Source of the DNA: Anthoceros angustus
Taxonomy: Eukaryota > Plantae > Anthocerotophyta
DNA length: 64,000 bases
NCBI GenBank assembly: GCA_010909165.1
Contig: VJWM01000025.1
Span: 1,116,001-1,180,000, forward strand
Reading direction: 5' to 3'
A program made the position numbers and the translations under genes. How positions within the stretch are numbered: the first letter of the stretch is position 1; every line of letters begins with the position of its first letter. Under the pieces are notes generated by a model that saw only the letters and a program-made list of their open reading frames with translations, ran no database searches and was not told the origin of the DNA. Positions 35,039-49,799 of this stretch are shown in pieces.

Positions 35039-38000
35039 TGTCACAGCCAGCCAGACAGCCGCGCCATTGCATGCCTACCTAGCATCTACAAAGCTAAGTC
35101 ACCAAACACCAGCCTGCGATCTCCTTGGCCTTCGGCCCAGGAGCAACAATCTTAGCCATAAATTGTCCTTGGCCTATGACCAAGGGCAAGGCTACAAAAG
35201 GGGCTGGGTCTGCCTAAGAGAGACAGGCCCAGGGCCGCGAACAGGTGAAATCAAGCTGGAAAATTCTCCCAACCTGACAATGCAACGAACCACAAGAACC
35301 TCTAGGAGACAAAGACACAGCAGGGACGAAGTATGGCTGTCTATTAGAACAAGACAAACATCAACAATCCAAGAATCCATGGCTGGGTGCCCACATATAT
35401 AGGCAAAAACCCCAGAGTTTCGATGAAGTGTCCACCGTATCGATGGTGGGCACTTTATAATCCTACTTTCCTTGGCCTTGAAATAATAATATTTTATGTG
35501 TTTAACCTATTCGTCCTTTTCCTGATTTATGATTTTTATGTATTTTTAATATAAATACTATCTATATATCGTCATTGCCGCATGCCTATCATGCATATAG
35601 ATTGCATGCGCCATGACACATCACATGTCCACATCACATGTCATCCTTCATCTCCATACGTATGCATACATGCATACATGGCATACATGTCATGTGCGAG
35701 GCCATCCATGGGCCATGTACATGACATCATCAAGCACTTCAGGGGCTTATGCGAGATGCTCGATCGATATCTAGTCATTTCGTGAGGGCTTATGCCGGGA
35801 TGCTCTAGTCGATATCCGGTAGAGTCTTAGGTGCTCTGTTTCCCATACGACAGCATGGCGGTATGGCGGCGCATAGCGCATGCCTACCTAACTGTCTAGC
35901 TAAACAGCCACTGCGATCTCCTTGGCCTTGGCCGGAGCAACAATCTAGCCTTAATTTGTCCTTGGCCTATGACCAAGGGCAAGGCTACAAAAGGGCCTAG
36001 AGGCGGGCCGGGGCCGAACGACCCCACAGGAAACTTGGAGGCCTAGCCACGGTTTCCCACAAAATTGTCTAGACCATGTGGCCTAGAAAAACACACTACC
36101 ACCAGCGTCCCCACCGTGGCTTGTAGCTTGTCCCAATTGGTTGCCGAGGAGGAGGAATGGCGTCATCTTCTAGATCCTCATCATCGATGGGTCTTCTTGT
36201 GCCTCTGTTAATGTAATCTCACAGGCGGCTTGAATCGGAGGCTCAACTGTTCTTCCACAAAGCGCTTACATGCATAATCCATGCATATAGATTGCATCGC
36301 CATGACACATGCCACATGTCATCACATGTCATCCTTCATCTCCATGTGCATACATGGCACATGCATACATGGCATACATGTCATGTGGGCCATCCATGGG
36401 CCATGTACATGACATCATCAAGCACTTGACGCCGGGGCTTATGCGAGATGCTCGATCGATATCTAGTCATTTATTGGGGCTTATGCCGGGATGCTCTGAT
36501 GTCTCCGGTCATAGAGTCTTAGGTGCTCTGTTTCCCATACAGACAACGGCATGGCCGGTCAGCCGCGCATGCATGCCTACCTAGCCTGCTAAGTCACCAA
36601 ACGCACTGCGATCTCCTTGGCCTTGGCCGGGGCAACAATCCTAGCCTTAAATTGTCCTTGGCCTATGACCAAGGCAAGGCTAAAAAGGTGGGTTTGCCTA
36701 GAGAGGCCGGGGACGACCCCACAGGAAACTTGGAGGCCTAGCCACTGGTTTCCCACAAAATTGTCTAGACCATCTTGGCCTAGAAAAACACAACTTGCCT
36801 GCGTCCCCACCAGCGAGCGTAGCTTGTCCAACAGCGGTGGTTACGCAGGAGGAGGAATGGCGTCATCTTCTAGATCCTCATCATCATCGATGGGTCTTCT
36901 TGTGCCTCTGTTTTAGTAATCTCCTTTGGGCGGCTTGAATCGGAGGGTCAACTGTTCTTCCACAAAGCGCTTACGAGGCGGGCAGGATGTACGCCATCAT
37001 CCGGCATCCATGTCTGTAAGCTTCACATGTTGGATAATTGAAAAGCGGTAACTTACGGGAAGTGTAGATGTCTTGGGTGAGCCTCAAGGCAGTTGAAAGC
37101 ATTCTTCTCCTCTCGAGTCAAGCCGATCAACATGAGGGGTCCTCAACTTGTTGGTCGAATGTAAAAGCTGGAGGACCCTACCACATGATGCCTGTCGCAG
37201 ATGGTGGAAAACTCGAAACCACTCTTTGAGAAAAATCAAGCGGCGGTATGTGTCTCCCGGTCAACGAACTCTGCGGCAACCTCATCCCATCAAACCATTG
37301 ATGCATTTGGAAGTGATGCTGCAACTTCCTCCATGCACCCTTCTATAGCTTGTCGAGGTCCGGGCAAGCGCTTGTGACCCAGCTGGAGCTCAAACAAATC
37401 CGGTGTTGTGGGATAATGCTCCACCCTCACATCATGGTGCTCCTCAACATCTGATGAAGAAATGTGAAGCTCGTCATAACTTCGGTGGAATACCTCGTTA
37501 CGGGTCATCTTGGCGGGAGTAGAAGATGCTCCACTTACCCGCATCTTTCATCCACAATTGGGGTTCCATCACCGCAAACCTTGCTTGAGTTGGCCGGCGG
37601 TCATAGCACACCACGGAGGCCGATTCCGATATCTCTACCTCGCTTGCGAGACCTCCTCCATGGGCTGGCATGCGGTGAGAACTACCGACCCTAGGTGCAA
37701 CCACAGAATTTTCAGCACTGACGAGACATACATCTTGTGCACGAGTAGGATCGAGTGCGCTCGGTTGCCTTGGCGGTGGGGTTGCTCCTTTGCTGCATCG
37801 CGAAAGGCGGCGTGGTGTTCTCTGCTCGGACGGTGAGCTCCTTGATTCGGGATTGCTTGCCTCAAACTCCTGGCGGCTTTCCATGTTCGCCGACAAAGGA
37901 TGCTTGTGATCGTCCCCTCTTGCGCTTGATTGGCGGTGGCACTTCCTCTCGGCGCTTCACCTTAGTAATTGTGGATAGGCGGTACTTCGCCTTCTCCTAT

Positions 38001-38399
38001 GCACGTGTAAACGGGCGACCATGGCGCTCCCTATCCGACTCCAAGCCGGTGAAACCACCTTTAGAAACACGTGAGAATTCTCAGCCAGCGTCGATCTGTG
38101 CATGCAAAGGTTCCTCTTCCAAAATGAGATGCTCCCTCGCATGTGTGCCCAATTTTCTCTCGTTTCGAGGATTAGACCCTTGTCTTGCGATCCTCTTCGT
38201 AATTCCTCTTTTCACAATTCCTTGCACATGCGAGCGGCTTCGCAACAACTCATGCCTTAGCATGCGATCCCGTTTTGTAATTTGGCCCCAAGCATCTTGT
38301 GTCCTTCTTCTTTGTACATCAAATCCTTTGTTTACGTGTGTGAATTTAAGACAACCTCGGTACCACCTTGAAACCACGTTCACACTTAGCACATTCTGA

Positions 38400-41300
38400 T
38401 TGCTCACAGCCATTCTCATACGGAACCTTTGTCGATGCGGTTTGAGGCAAAGCAGATGGTAACCACAGTTACACACATGCATAGCAACATGAATTCTTCG
38501 GTTGTGTGTCCACACTCCTCCGAGAACCGTCTGGTGGCGTCAGTGCGAGGCCGATTCGTGTATCCGGTCGGGCAAATGGCATGGAGCCAAATGCTTCATG
38601 TGTTCCTTACTTACGCCATCTCTTCCTTCAAGTTCAACCACACCTTGCTCACCAACTGGACAACTCTCGGGATAAGCCTCCTGTCGACATCTAACGTGCT
38701 TGCGGGCTGTCTTTGCAAGTAATCTCGGATGCAAACTTGCGGGCTTTGGGCTTCCACGAGCCCCAGCGTATAAGCATACCTCGGTGGTCCGATCTTTGAG
38801 CCAAATTGTCCATAGCCATGGGAAGAATTCTTTGAAATACTTACGCTCGGCTTGAACACGTACCAAGCATACATTTGCATCTTTGCTCCGATCAAGGATG
38901 GAGTAAGTGTCCTTCACCACATTCGGCAACAACGTTGCGTCCGAATAACAAAAAGTATGTGAAACTTCCAAGAAATTGCTGTGACCTGTCACCCCGATGT
39001 AAAGCAATTCATCCCAACACTTGGGCTCCACGATGTCGTATTTCCTTAGTGCATCCTTGAAGGTTTGCACTAGCCTTTACGCGAGCCATCGGCTGTGGAT
39101 GATCCTCGATGTCCTCACATGATCAATGAGACTCCAGCAAGGTGCGGAATTCACCTCGAAACTCGTTACCACAGTGCAGAGCACCTCTGCGCTCCCAAAT
39201 CGGTGAGCACTGCTGAAAAGCTGCTGGTGTAATCACGAGGTTCTACTGTGGTACGCCACCACCGAAATGCTCAATCATGACCATGCAATGTCGGTTACCT
39301 TGCTTTGTGAGAGGAAGCTACGGCATAAGGTCAACCGACCATCTAAAGAATAGCCCCGATTGGTGGAGTGCAACACCACATCACAGGTGTTAAATCTAGC
39401 TTTGGCATCACATGCGGCACATATAGCCACCTTCTCGACATAGCATCACGACGATACGTACTCTTCAACATGTGGTGTGTCCTCTTCACACCAAAGTGGC
39501 CAAGGGTTTCGTGCACCTTGGTCACTATGCCCACTCTTTCCTCGGGACTTGGTACTTTCCTTCGAGTTCTCCTTGTGATGTGACTCACCATCTTCCCATG
39601 AGTATCGGCCGCGCCGAGTTTAGCACCTTGATCATTCCGACTTTGTGCCTTCCTTGACAAGCTGGCGAGGATGTCTCCAAACATCAGCCTCTGTCGGCAC
39701 ATGTCCTTCTTCATGATCATCTATCACGGCCATGAGTGCCATGAAGTGGGGTGCACCATCTCGTGCCCCTCATCTGTCGAGCTCTGTGACATCCTTGTCA
39801 CTTTCCAGTGATTCTTAGCCCATCGCATTGATGTACCTTGCACGCCATGCACGATCTCCATATCGTACTCGAGAGGCCCACACTGGCTACCACTCAACTT
39901 CATGTTGGTCATCGTGAAGTGGTGGTGATCTGTGACCGATTAAGCCTTCCATGAGATAGACCACGAAATGCAGGCGCCCAAGACACTCTCCCTCATATGA
40001 GGAGTAGTTCACTTGGAGTTGTTAGATCGGCTTGCATAAGCTATCACTCGCTCAACACCATCGCACCATGTTGTGACGCTCCAATTCCATGATGCTATGC
40101 GTCATATGGTGAAAGGGTGATCAAAATTCGGCTGGCGCCTACTTGGTCCGAAGATCTTGCCAAGCCAACTCTGGTCTTGGTCCCATTTCCACACAATGTC
40201 TTTCTTCAGCTCATACAGAGGTTTACGTGGGCGGTCCTTCATAAACCTCTGTAATAGTTCACCAAACCGGAAGGCTCTAAGGCGGCTACATCCTTTGGTC
40301 TAGGCATTTGCATCACGCACTGCACCTTAGCCACCGAGGCATGATGCCTCTGGTACTATCTCATGCCCCGGATACTCGATCTGTGGAAAGCAAACTTGCA
40401 TTTCTTAGGATGAGCTTTCAAACTGAGCTTGACTATAGCAATATCTCTAGATGCTCCATATGTTCTTGATTGTCTCAAGACGGGATATCATCTATGTAAG
40501 CGCACAAATGGCGACCCTGCGACTCTAGATCCGCAATTCTTTGGAAATATATAGAAGCATTTTTATTAAGCATTGTCTCCCACTCCCAAAGCTGGTCCTT
40601 CCCCAGGTCTTGCACTTGTCACCTCTTCAATCACAATTTGGTTGAAGCACAGGAAGTCAAGGGTAAAGAACTTTGCCTTACCTATGGCATCGAAAATCTC
40701 GTCGGAGTAGGCATGGGGTCGTTCCATAGGAGTCACCTCGTTTAGAGGTCGGTGATCGCCACATCCTCCTGTCCTTCCATTCACCGTTCTCATCCTTCTT
40801 GGCGGTAGGGTCGCTGACATATTGAGAGCTTGATTTTCTTATCAACCTTGAACAACTCTTGGCGTTTGTCAACAATCTCCCATTCTGAGGCGGCGGTGCC
40901 TCCTTGAAGACGGGCTCTTCATGAGTCGTCACTACTTTGAACTTGATCTTCTCATATACCGACTCCTTCCAAGAATGCAAAAGCACCCTTGTTTTTCTCA
41001 AGCATGTTGATGATTTTCGCTTATCTTCCGGGCTCACATCTTACGCAATGTGCCATACATGAACCTCTTCGTCACACTCTTGGTGGGCGATTCGGTATCC
41101 ACAGACCATCTTGAATCTCTGACTCATCTTCCTCTGCCTTAGGAACCTCTTTATCCTGCGGTAGTTGGAGGAAGGCTTTCGCTTCCCGGCCACGCAAGTT
41201 GGAGCAAGCTGTGCTTACCCACCTCGGGTGCAAGTCAAATGCATCCAAGCATCCGCATCTTGCAGTTACGTGATGCCCATGGTGCGAGTGTCCTTCTTGG

Positions 41301-42750
41301 CAAAGCCCATCGCTTGCTCGCGTTCCTCAACATTGAGCTCTCAAGCTCATTCCCTTCAAATCGAGAATCACACCATCTCCTCGTGCGAAGGCATAAGATT
41401 GCGGTGTGCTCACGAGTTGGCCATGCCGGCTTCCCCTACTCGATTCACGGTAAAATGGCAACTTGTCCATCCTTCACTGTTGAGCACCTTCCCAACTCTA
41501 GGATGTCATCCACAACCTTAGCGGATTGTCAAATTCTGTCTTTCGAGCACCTCCGGTCACATTTGTCCGATGCTGGCTTTGTGTGCATATGAGCCACACG
41601 CGTCCATGATCACTCATTCTTGAACCACGCCGAATCTCTTCATACGGGCCCTAACGGTGGCGTTTGTCCATGGCGCACACATTCTCGAGAATGTACCAAC
41701 AATCGTGGATTCGCAATGGACTTCTCGCGTGATTAAATGCGAGCTCGGAAACGCCTTCACCTTTGCCTCACTGCGTCGAAAATGTCTTGCATTCCCATCC
41801 GCGATCGGCATATCCACGGGCTTGACAAGGCTTCTAGCGCCGCTTCAACGAGTTGGTTCGTCGTGGGCAGCTCGGCGACCTCGAGCGCTTCTCGCTCGTA
41901 GTGTTGGATCTTGCGCGAACACGAGATTCGACCCTAGCGGCGGCTCGAATCTTCTCATCCTTTTCCGCGGGTATATTGCCGTATCTTGGCGCCACTGCCA
42001 CCGCTTCGGCCGCTGCGATTCTGCGAGCTCCAACAAATGGATGCCTTGACACCACCTTCCATCGTACTAGAGCATCGTCGATCGTCGATCTCCGACTTGG
42101 CGGGCCTCATACCGGGATCGACCTCTCGGGACATGTGTATGCAGCGAGATTCCAGTCGATCCTCCTTCCTTCGCTGGTTCTCTCGAACCCTCGCTTGATC
42201 CAAATATTACGGCGCACAACCTTAAGCACCCTTACGCTCTCTTGGCTTGGCATCTCCGGAGAGGATAACTCTGCGTTCCTCCCACATCTCATGTCGATGC
42301 TCACTCACGAGCATGTGGCAATCATCATGGCCCTGTCATCCTTCACTCTTGCCACCACTCCTATTCATCCTTAGAGGAATTCGTGCAACATCGTGAAATC
42401 TCCTCTCCACCGAATGGTCTGAAAGCTTGGCAAGGGATCAACCCCATGGCGGGACGGTGAGTTCCGTCCGACCAACAAGACATCATATGTCTTTGCGGTG
42501 ACCAAACATCTCACTTCAACGATCTGGCATCCCGTGCGAGCTTCAATTCAATCTTCACGGGCCTCCTCGTCATTCCCGATGCATTCCTTGGTACTGCGGT
42601 GGTGATGTTCACGTCGCTCGGAGCGAGCTTGTGTCCATCTGACTTTAGTGCCTCCTGCGCTCCCGATCGGATCCGCTCCAGTGTCTACAAAATGCGTTTT
42701 GGAGCATAGCCATCAAAGGTCACGTGCCGTCCCGTGTTATCAATCATGGC
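38400..42750 (-). pseudogene. pol: Gypsy pol (protease, RT, RNase H, integrase, PHD finger)
   Basis: DHRPLNEVT, KAKFFTLD, YIDDI (~40498-40485), RVIAYASR, VHETLGHFGVKRT, ECGHT.EEFMLLC.VCNCGYHLLCLKP..KVP (38520-38415). Confidence 0.9.
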
Positions 42751-44100
42751 AACACCTCCTTCACCTCGCTCCTCGGCATCGGATGCTCGCCACACAAGCG
42801 GCCATACTAGGAAGAGATCCTGCATTCAAGCTCCTTTCTCGCCATTCTCGCATGATGTTTTTGAAGTTGTTGCCCTTCACTCCCGGATCCACAAGACTTC
42901 TGCGAGGCACCTCCATGGCCTTGTCCGAACGCCTCAACGTCTCGACGATCTTGACACCTTACGTAGCCGTGGAGTTTTCCTCGACCGGAAACTCTCGGCA
43001 TCTTGGTCGATTCCGTTCGGCACTCCCTTGGCGGTGGCGCCTTCACCAAAGTCAACAACTTTTCTTTTCTTGCGCACCGCCATCATGCCAAACGCCTCAT
43101 CATCGCCGTCGAGAGAACAAAATCCTGCTGCATTCTCACTGCCATGTTGGCCATCTCCTTCTTGAGCTCCTCCACTTGCCCGAGGAGAGCCTTACGACTT
43201 GGGCCCTTGCCCTTCTCCTTCTCGGTGATGCAAGCTTGGGCTTCACTGGATGAGCTTCCCAACACGCTGCCTCCATGTGACCCCATCGCCAAGACTTACA
43301 GCTTCCTTGCCCGGACCACCAGCTTGTAGTGCATTGAGCGCCTTGTGCGCTCCACAGCCACACTTCACGGTTGACTGCATTGTTAGGCGGCCTCTCCTTG
43401 GCACATGTGGTGCCGTCCACGAGGCATGCACTCCGTCTTGGTACCTTGGAACAAACACAGAATTCCGTGTCCTCCGGACCCGTCTTTGCGAAGGGCTCTT
43501 CATGACTCCGTGATCCTCCAAGTAAGCCTGGCTTACTGCATCACCTTTGAGCACCTTCTCAGCAATTTGGTAAGCGCTATCAACTCATACTTCTCTCCCA
43601 TCGCTCCATGTAGCGAGTCCATCACCTTCCTTCTCTACCTGGCAGGCAATGCTGCCATGAAGATCTCAGCGGCCTCCCTCATTGTCTTGACACCCGTGTC
43701 TTCCACAAGAACCTTCAATCTGAGGTAAGACACACGCAATGTCTCGTTAGGCTAAGAAAACCTCGGACAATTCTGGATCTTTTCAGTATAGGAAACATGG
43801 TGGTTAACTTGGCGAACATCAAGTCCACGGATGCTCGAGCTTGTCCTCGTCGATGGAGTGCGGTCGAACCAGCCCTCTTGGCGTGCCTTTGCTTCTCTTC
43901 TCTCGGCCACCTTGGGATCCCGGCCTTCTCATCTCTGTAATACATTAGAGCCTCACCGCAAGGTAGGATGACATCTTCATGAGCGCCATCCTCTCAGTGA
44001 ACTCGTCCTTGTATTTCATCTTGTTTTCCGCCATTGCCCATGAAACTTCTCTCGAAATCTGCAAGAGACATGCTTCCATGTTTTCCTGTGAAGACATCGT
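42750..44100 (-). pseudogene. gag: Gypsy gag region
   Basis: Degenerate CCHC knuckle near 43365-43330 followed by a coiled coil (QVEELKKEMANM); position upstream of protease. Confidence 0.55.
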
Positions 44101-45675
44101 TCTTACTTGGTGTGAACTCAAGCTCCATTCTTGGACTCTCGCTCAATCGCCGGCTGTCTCCTTGTATTTGGCGTTGTCTGTATTCGGTGTCCTCTTGAAT
44201 GGCGAGTAGTAGGCGTCGTGCACTTCTCCGTGAAGGCAGGCGGTGTCCTTCCATCCATCCACGATCGGGAACACCATCAATGGTTACTTCTCCTATGCGA
44301 CCCTTTGCGGATGTTGTCAAATGGCAAATTGTTCCCACGTTAACCCAACCTAGCGAGAAAAGTACATCCGCCTCTCTATCCACAAGCGGCTCCACGTATG
44401 CGGGCTCTTCTCGACAATCGCTAACTCGGCGTGAGACTACCACACCTAAGCATGTATAATCAATGGCGAAATTCCCATCGAAAAACATCAGCCTATCTCT
44501 GTTGCCTTACGCAACACTCAACCTTCTCGGATCGCACTGCCTCGGTTGGATGGTGGGCGACTTCCGCCTCTTCCTCCAATCTCCAGTAGCCCGGTCTCCT
44601 CGAAATCGCAAGACATGCTTCCATGTTTTCCTGTGAAGACATCGTTCTTACTTGGTGTGAACTCAAGCTCCATTCTTGCACTCTCGCTCAATCGCCGGCT
44701 GTCTCCTTGTATTGGCGTTGTCTGTATTCGGTGTCCTCTTGAATGGCGAGTAGTAGGCGTCGTGCACTTCTCCGTGAAGGCAGGCGGTGTCCTTCCATCC
44801 ATCCACGATCGGGAACACCATCAATGGTTACTTCTCCTATGCGACCCTTTGCGGATGTTGTCAAATGGCAAATTGTTCCCACGTTAACCCAACCTAGCGA
44901 GAAAAGTACATCCGCCTCTCTATCCACAAGCGGCTCCACGTATGCGGGCTCTTCTCGACAATCGCTAACTCGGCGTGAGACTACCACACCTAAGCATGTA
45001 TAATCAATGGCGAAATTCCCATCGAAAAACATCAGCCTATCTCTGTTGCCTTACGCAACACTCAACCTTCTCGGATCGCACTGCCTCGGTTGGATGGTGG
45101 GCGACTTCCGCCTCTTCCTCCAATCTCCAGTAGCCCGGTCTCCTCGAAATCGCAAGACATGCTTCCATGTTTTCCTGTGAAGACATCGTTCTTACTTGGT
45201 GTGAACTCAAGCTCCATTCTTGCACTCTCGCTCCAATCATGTCTCCTTGTAGGCGTTGTCTCTATTTGTCCTCTTGAATGGCGAGTAGTAGGCGTCGTGC
45301 ACTTCTCCGGGAAGGCAGTAGCAGTGTCCTTCGTCATCCACCACGATCTCGGGAACACCATCAATGGTTACTTCTCCTATGCACGACCCACGGATGTTGT
45401 CAAATGGCAAATTGTTTTCCACCGTGCCCAACCGCTAGCCGGAAAAGTACATCCGCCTCTATCCACAAAGCGGCTCCAGGGCGTCGAGGCTCTTCTCGCA
45501 ATCGCTAACTCGGCAATCGTGAGACTACCACCTAAGTGTGTATAATCAATGGCGAAATTCATCCATCGAAAAACATCAGCCTATCTCTCGTGTTGCCTTA
45601 CGCACACTCAACCTTCTCGGATCGCTCTCACAGGTTGGATGGTGGGCGACTTCCGCCTCTTCCTCCAATCTCCAG
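44067..45675. repeat. 544-bp unit in three tandem copies in the Gypsy 5' region
   Basis: agacatgcttccatgttttcctgtgaagac at ~44067, 44611 and ~45156; identical ORFs 44199-44459 and 44743-45003. Confidence 0.93.
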
Positions 45676-46375
45676 CGCGCCACAGTCTCCTCCGATCAGT
45701 ATCTTAGTCCCCAACAAGGAGGATTGTTGATGTGGTGAAATCAAGATGGAAAATTCTCCCAACTGTAATAACGAACCACAAGAACCTCTAGGAGACAAAG
45801 ACACCGGCGGGGATAGTATGGCTGTCTATTAGAACAAGACAAACATCAACAATCCGAGAATCCATGGTGGGTGCCTACATATATAGGCAAAACCCCAGAG
45901 TTCTCGATGAAGTGTCCACCCGTATCGATGGTGGGCACTTTATAATCCTACTTTCCTTGGCCTTGAAATAATAATATTTTATGTGTTTAACAGCCTATTC
46001 ATTCCTTTTCCTCGATTTATGATTTTTATGTATTTTCTAATATAAATTTATCATATATATGCCATTGCACCGCGCTACATGCATGTCCATGCATATAGAT
46101 TGCATGCGCCATGACACATCACCGCCACATGTCCACATCACATGTCATCCTTCATCTCCATACGTGCATACATGGCACACATGCATGAGGTATACATGTC
46201 ATGTGCGTGCCATCCATGGGCCATGTACATGACATCATCACACTTCAAGATCGTGGCTTATGCCCGAGATGCTCCAAGATTCAAATATTTCAAAGATTCG
46301 TGGCTTATGCGGGATGCTCAACAAGATTCAAATATAGAGTCTTAGGTGCTCTGTTTCCCATACAAACAACTGACA

Positions 46376-48660
46376 TGCCTTGTACAGCGCACCAGCACCA
46401 CTGTGGAAAATTGCAAGAGCAGGAGTGCTGAAGGATGTGGATGCCATTGTTGGTCGACTTTGCTCCACCTAAGATGGTGTCGGAAGAGTATTGGCGATAA
46501 TTTTGTAGGGTCTAGTGATGGTGTCGATGGTGCTGTCGACATTGGTGACCAGGTAGTTCTAGCACCCAGTGATGAAGAATACGATGGAGCTGTTCAGGAG
46601 GGTGACGAGATTGAATTGGCGCATGGTCGGTAAGCCGTTGTTGTCATTTTCGTGCCCAAGAGGTTATAGCCGCAGTGATGTTCAAATGCTAGTGGTTTGA
46701 AGCACTTAATTGTGTAGCTCGTCCTTTGGTGACCATGTGGCTATGCTTGATGGTGATGGTGTGGACAAGAGTGAAAAGGTTGGTGATGGTCGGGGTTGTG
46801 ATCTCCATCGCATGGAGACACGCCTCTTCTCAAAGCCGCCGAGGGGCCAACTGGAGGCGATCAAGTGGACAATGAGAGCACAAATGCACAGAAGCTCAAT
46901 GGACAAGGATGAAGATGCCACCGCATGCTCAAGAGGTGGATGACAGTTGCCGGTTTAGTTGCTCTTGTAGAGCAGGGATGAGAGCACAAATGCACAGAAG
47001 TTCGCACCCTTCACGTGGTAGTGGCCGACGTGGAGGAAACAATCGTGGTGTGGCCCATTGAAGCGGAGAGGGGCTGGGCGTGGAGGGAGGAATACTGCGT
47101 GCATTTAACCCGATGAAGAGCCTCAACGACCAAGGTATGGGCTATGGTTCTGACCGTGACTACATGTACAAATTTCATGGTGTTGGCTCCGAAGGGAAAT
47201 CATGAAGAAGTGGACTTTTATCTCTTGAAATGTATGGAACTGTAGAACTTGACGCCTTCAAGGATACTAATTGGGGAGGGAGGAGTTTGCAGCACTATTG
47301 TTGTGAAAGCCTTCTACTATGAGCAAGTTCCGACAAGATTGGTATGTACACTTTGCCGGACTCATGGCGGCCACCCAATGCCCCTGTGGAGGACTCGTGT
47401 CGACTAAGTTTTGATGTGGCCAATGGAGAAGCAAAATGAAAGAACAATCACTGGCTCCACCCACATGAGAGGAAGTACATAGAGTGGTTGGCAAAGGTCG
47501 AACATGCGAAGGCGAAAAGTTGAAGACCGTGTGACGATTGAATGTTTGTTGTGTGGATCATGTGAGGGGTCTCGTGAATTTGTCTCGCACGGGTTGTGAT
47601 CTCCACTTGCGCATGGAGACCTTCTTCTCAAAGCGCCAATCATGGAGGCGATCAAGTGGACAATGAGAGCATGCAGAAGCTCATGGCGACAAGGATGAAG
47701 ATGCCACCGCATGCTCAAGAGGTGGATGACAGTTGCCGGTTTAGTTCTTGCTCTTGTAGAGCAGGGATGAGAGCACAAATGCACAGTGAAGTTCGCACCC
47801 TTCACGTGGTAGTGGCCGACGTGGAGGAAACAATCGTGGTGTGGCCCATTGAAGCGGAGAGGGGCTGGGCGTGGAGGGAGGAACACTCGTGCGACGTAAC
47901 CGCGATGAAGAGCCTCAACGACCAAGGTATGGGCTATGGTTCGATAGTGACTACGTGTACAAATTTCATGGTGTTGGCTCAAGAAATCACGAGGAAGTGG
48001 ACTTTATCTCTTGAAATGTATGGAACATGCGAACTTAGCCTTCAAGGATACTAATTGGGGAGGGAGGAGTTTAGGCAGGCACTATTGTTGTGAAAGCCTT
48101 CTACTATGAGCAAGTTCCGGCAGCATTGGTATGTACACTTTCTTGGACTACTGGCGGTGACCAGATCCTCTGAGGAGGACTGGTCTTTGGCGACTAAGTT
48201 TTGATGTGGCCAATGGAGAAGCAAAATGAAAGCAGAACAAGTCTGGCTCCACCCACATGAGAGGAAGTACATAGAGTGGTTGGCAAAGGTCGAACATAGG
48301 CGAAAAGTTGAAGAGGCTGTGACGATTGAATGTGTTTGTTGTGTGGATCATGTGAGGGGTCTCGTGAATTTGTCCGCTGGTTGTGAGTGTTCGAGGCCAT
48401 GTGACCGACATTTTTGGACAAATGCGGTGTGAGTCGGGATAAACACTTTGAGTCTGGATCCCATGTTATATCAATGGGTATACGCCTTGTGACGAATGCT
48501 CCATTTTGTGAGGGCACCGAAAAGCTCTATGTACTAAATGGTTCAATGTATACAGAGAATGAACGAAAGTGCCCTTCAAATTGCGTTCGCGATGACAATT
48601 GGGTCCAACACGATGCCAACCTAGCATCCTCCACCTATTGGCACAAACCGATGGCATAGA
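46376..48660 (+). pseudogene. Unassigned cargo gene of the Sola2-like element (acidic N-terminus, ECVCCVDH motif), internally duplicated
   Basis: ORFs 46346-46633, 47596-48054, 48226-48432, 48414-48659; 46790-47590 repeated at 47590-48370. Confidence 0.35.
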
Positions 48661-49799
48661 AGAGTGAAAACCGAAGGGCTCAAGCACAATCTGCCCATCA
48701 CCACACCGGCTGGAATTGGACGAAACACATATAAGGACATCACCCACCATTCCTACTGCAGCATTCAAATTGGTGCATTGTGAACAACACAAACTACTAA
48801 CCAAGTGAAGTATGCGCTAGCCTATGAACAAAGGAACATGTAAGGCCGGCTGAAGTTCCTTCCTCATGCTAGGATGGATTAGGCATCCACAACGCTTCCA
48901 CCATCGTCATCCTCGCCTCTTGCACCATATTATTGTCCACACCTCGGATCTGCAGACCCGCTCGCGATTCTTCCCGACCATACGGCGTGGCGGCGGCGTC
49001 TCGGCCGCAGCCCACCGCCGACTGCTGCACGGTGGCGACGTGCAGACTCCACCAAAGAGCTTAACGCCGCCATGGCTTGACGCCCTCTTGCTTCCACGGC
49101 CCGAGGTGCATGACCGCGCGTGCCTTCTCGACGGCGGTAGCAACGATGCACGCCGGAAGGCACTCGACGAGCACACCCCATGTTGCTACCGGTGAGGACT
49201 TAGCGAAGATGATCGGTTTCGTGGGTGAAGGCGAGAGTGGAATGAATTCGGTGTCACAATCGCCCATCACCACACGGTGGAATTGAAACACATATAAGGA
49301 CATCACCCACAACGCATTCAAATTGGTGCATTGTGAACAACACGCTACTAACCAAGGAAGTATCGCTAGCCTATGAACAAAGGAACATGTAAGGCCGGCT
49401 GCGAAGTTCCTTCCTACATGCTAGGATGGATTAGGCATCCACGCTTCCACCATCGTCATCCTCGCCCTCTTGCACCATATTATTGTCCACACCTCGGATC
49501 TGCAGATTCGCCTCGCCATTCTTCCCGACCATACGGCGTGGCGGCGTCTCGGCCGCAGCCCATAAAGCTTCCGCCTTTGTTGGCGGTGGCCATGATACTC
49601 CACCGCAAAAACCGCGCCGCCATGGCATCGATCCTCTTGCTTCCACGGCCCGAGGTGCATCGGCACTGCGTGGTGCCTCTTCGGCGGTAGCAACGAGCGT
49701 CGGAAGGCACTCGGCCAAACACGACCCCATGTTGCTACCGGTGCGGACTTAGCGAAGATGATCGGCGGGTGAAGGCGAGTGAGGAATGAATTCGGGGTG

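Larger units (their letters stand above)
35039..46375 (-). mobile_element. Ty3/Gypsy LTR retrotransposon with a PHD finger
   Basis: LTR-like direct repeats ~35244-35850 and ~45734-46375 (partial third at 36270-36545); gag knuckle, PR, RT, RH, INT in Gypsy order; no TSD found. Confidence 0.85.

Noticed and set aside
36960-37500. Methyltransferase or chromodomain in the Gypsy 3' region
   Set aside because: No convincing motif in any frame.
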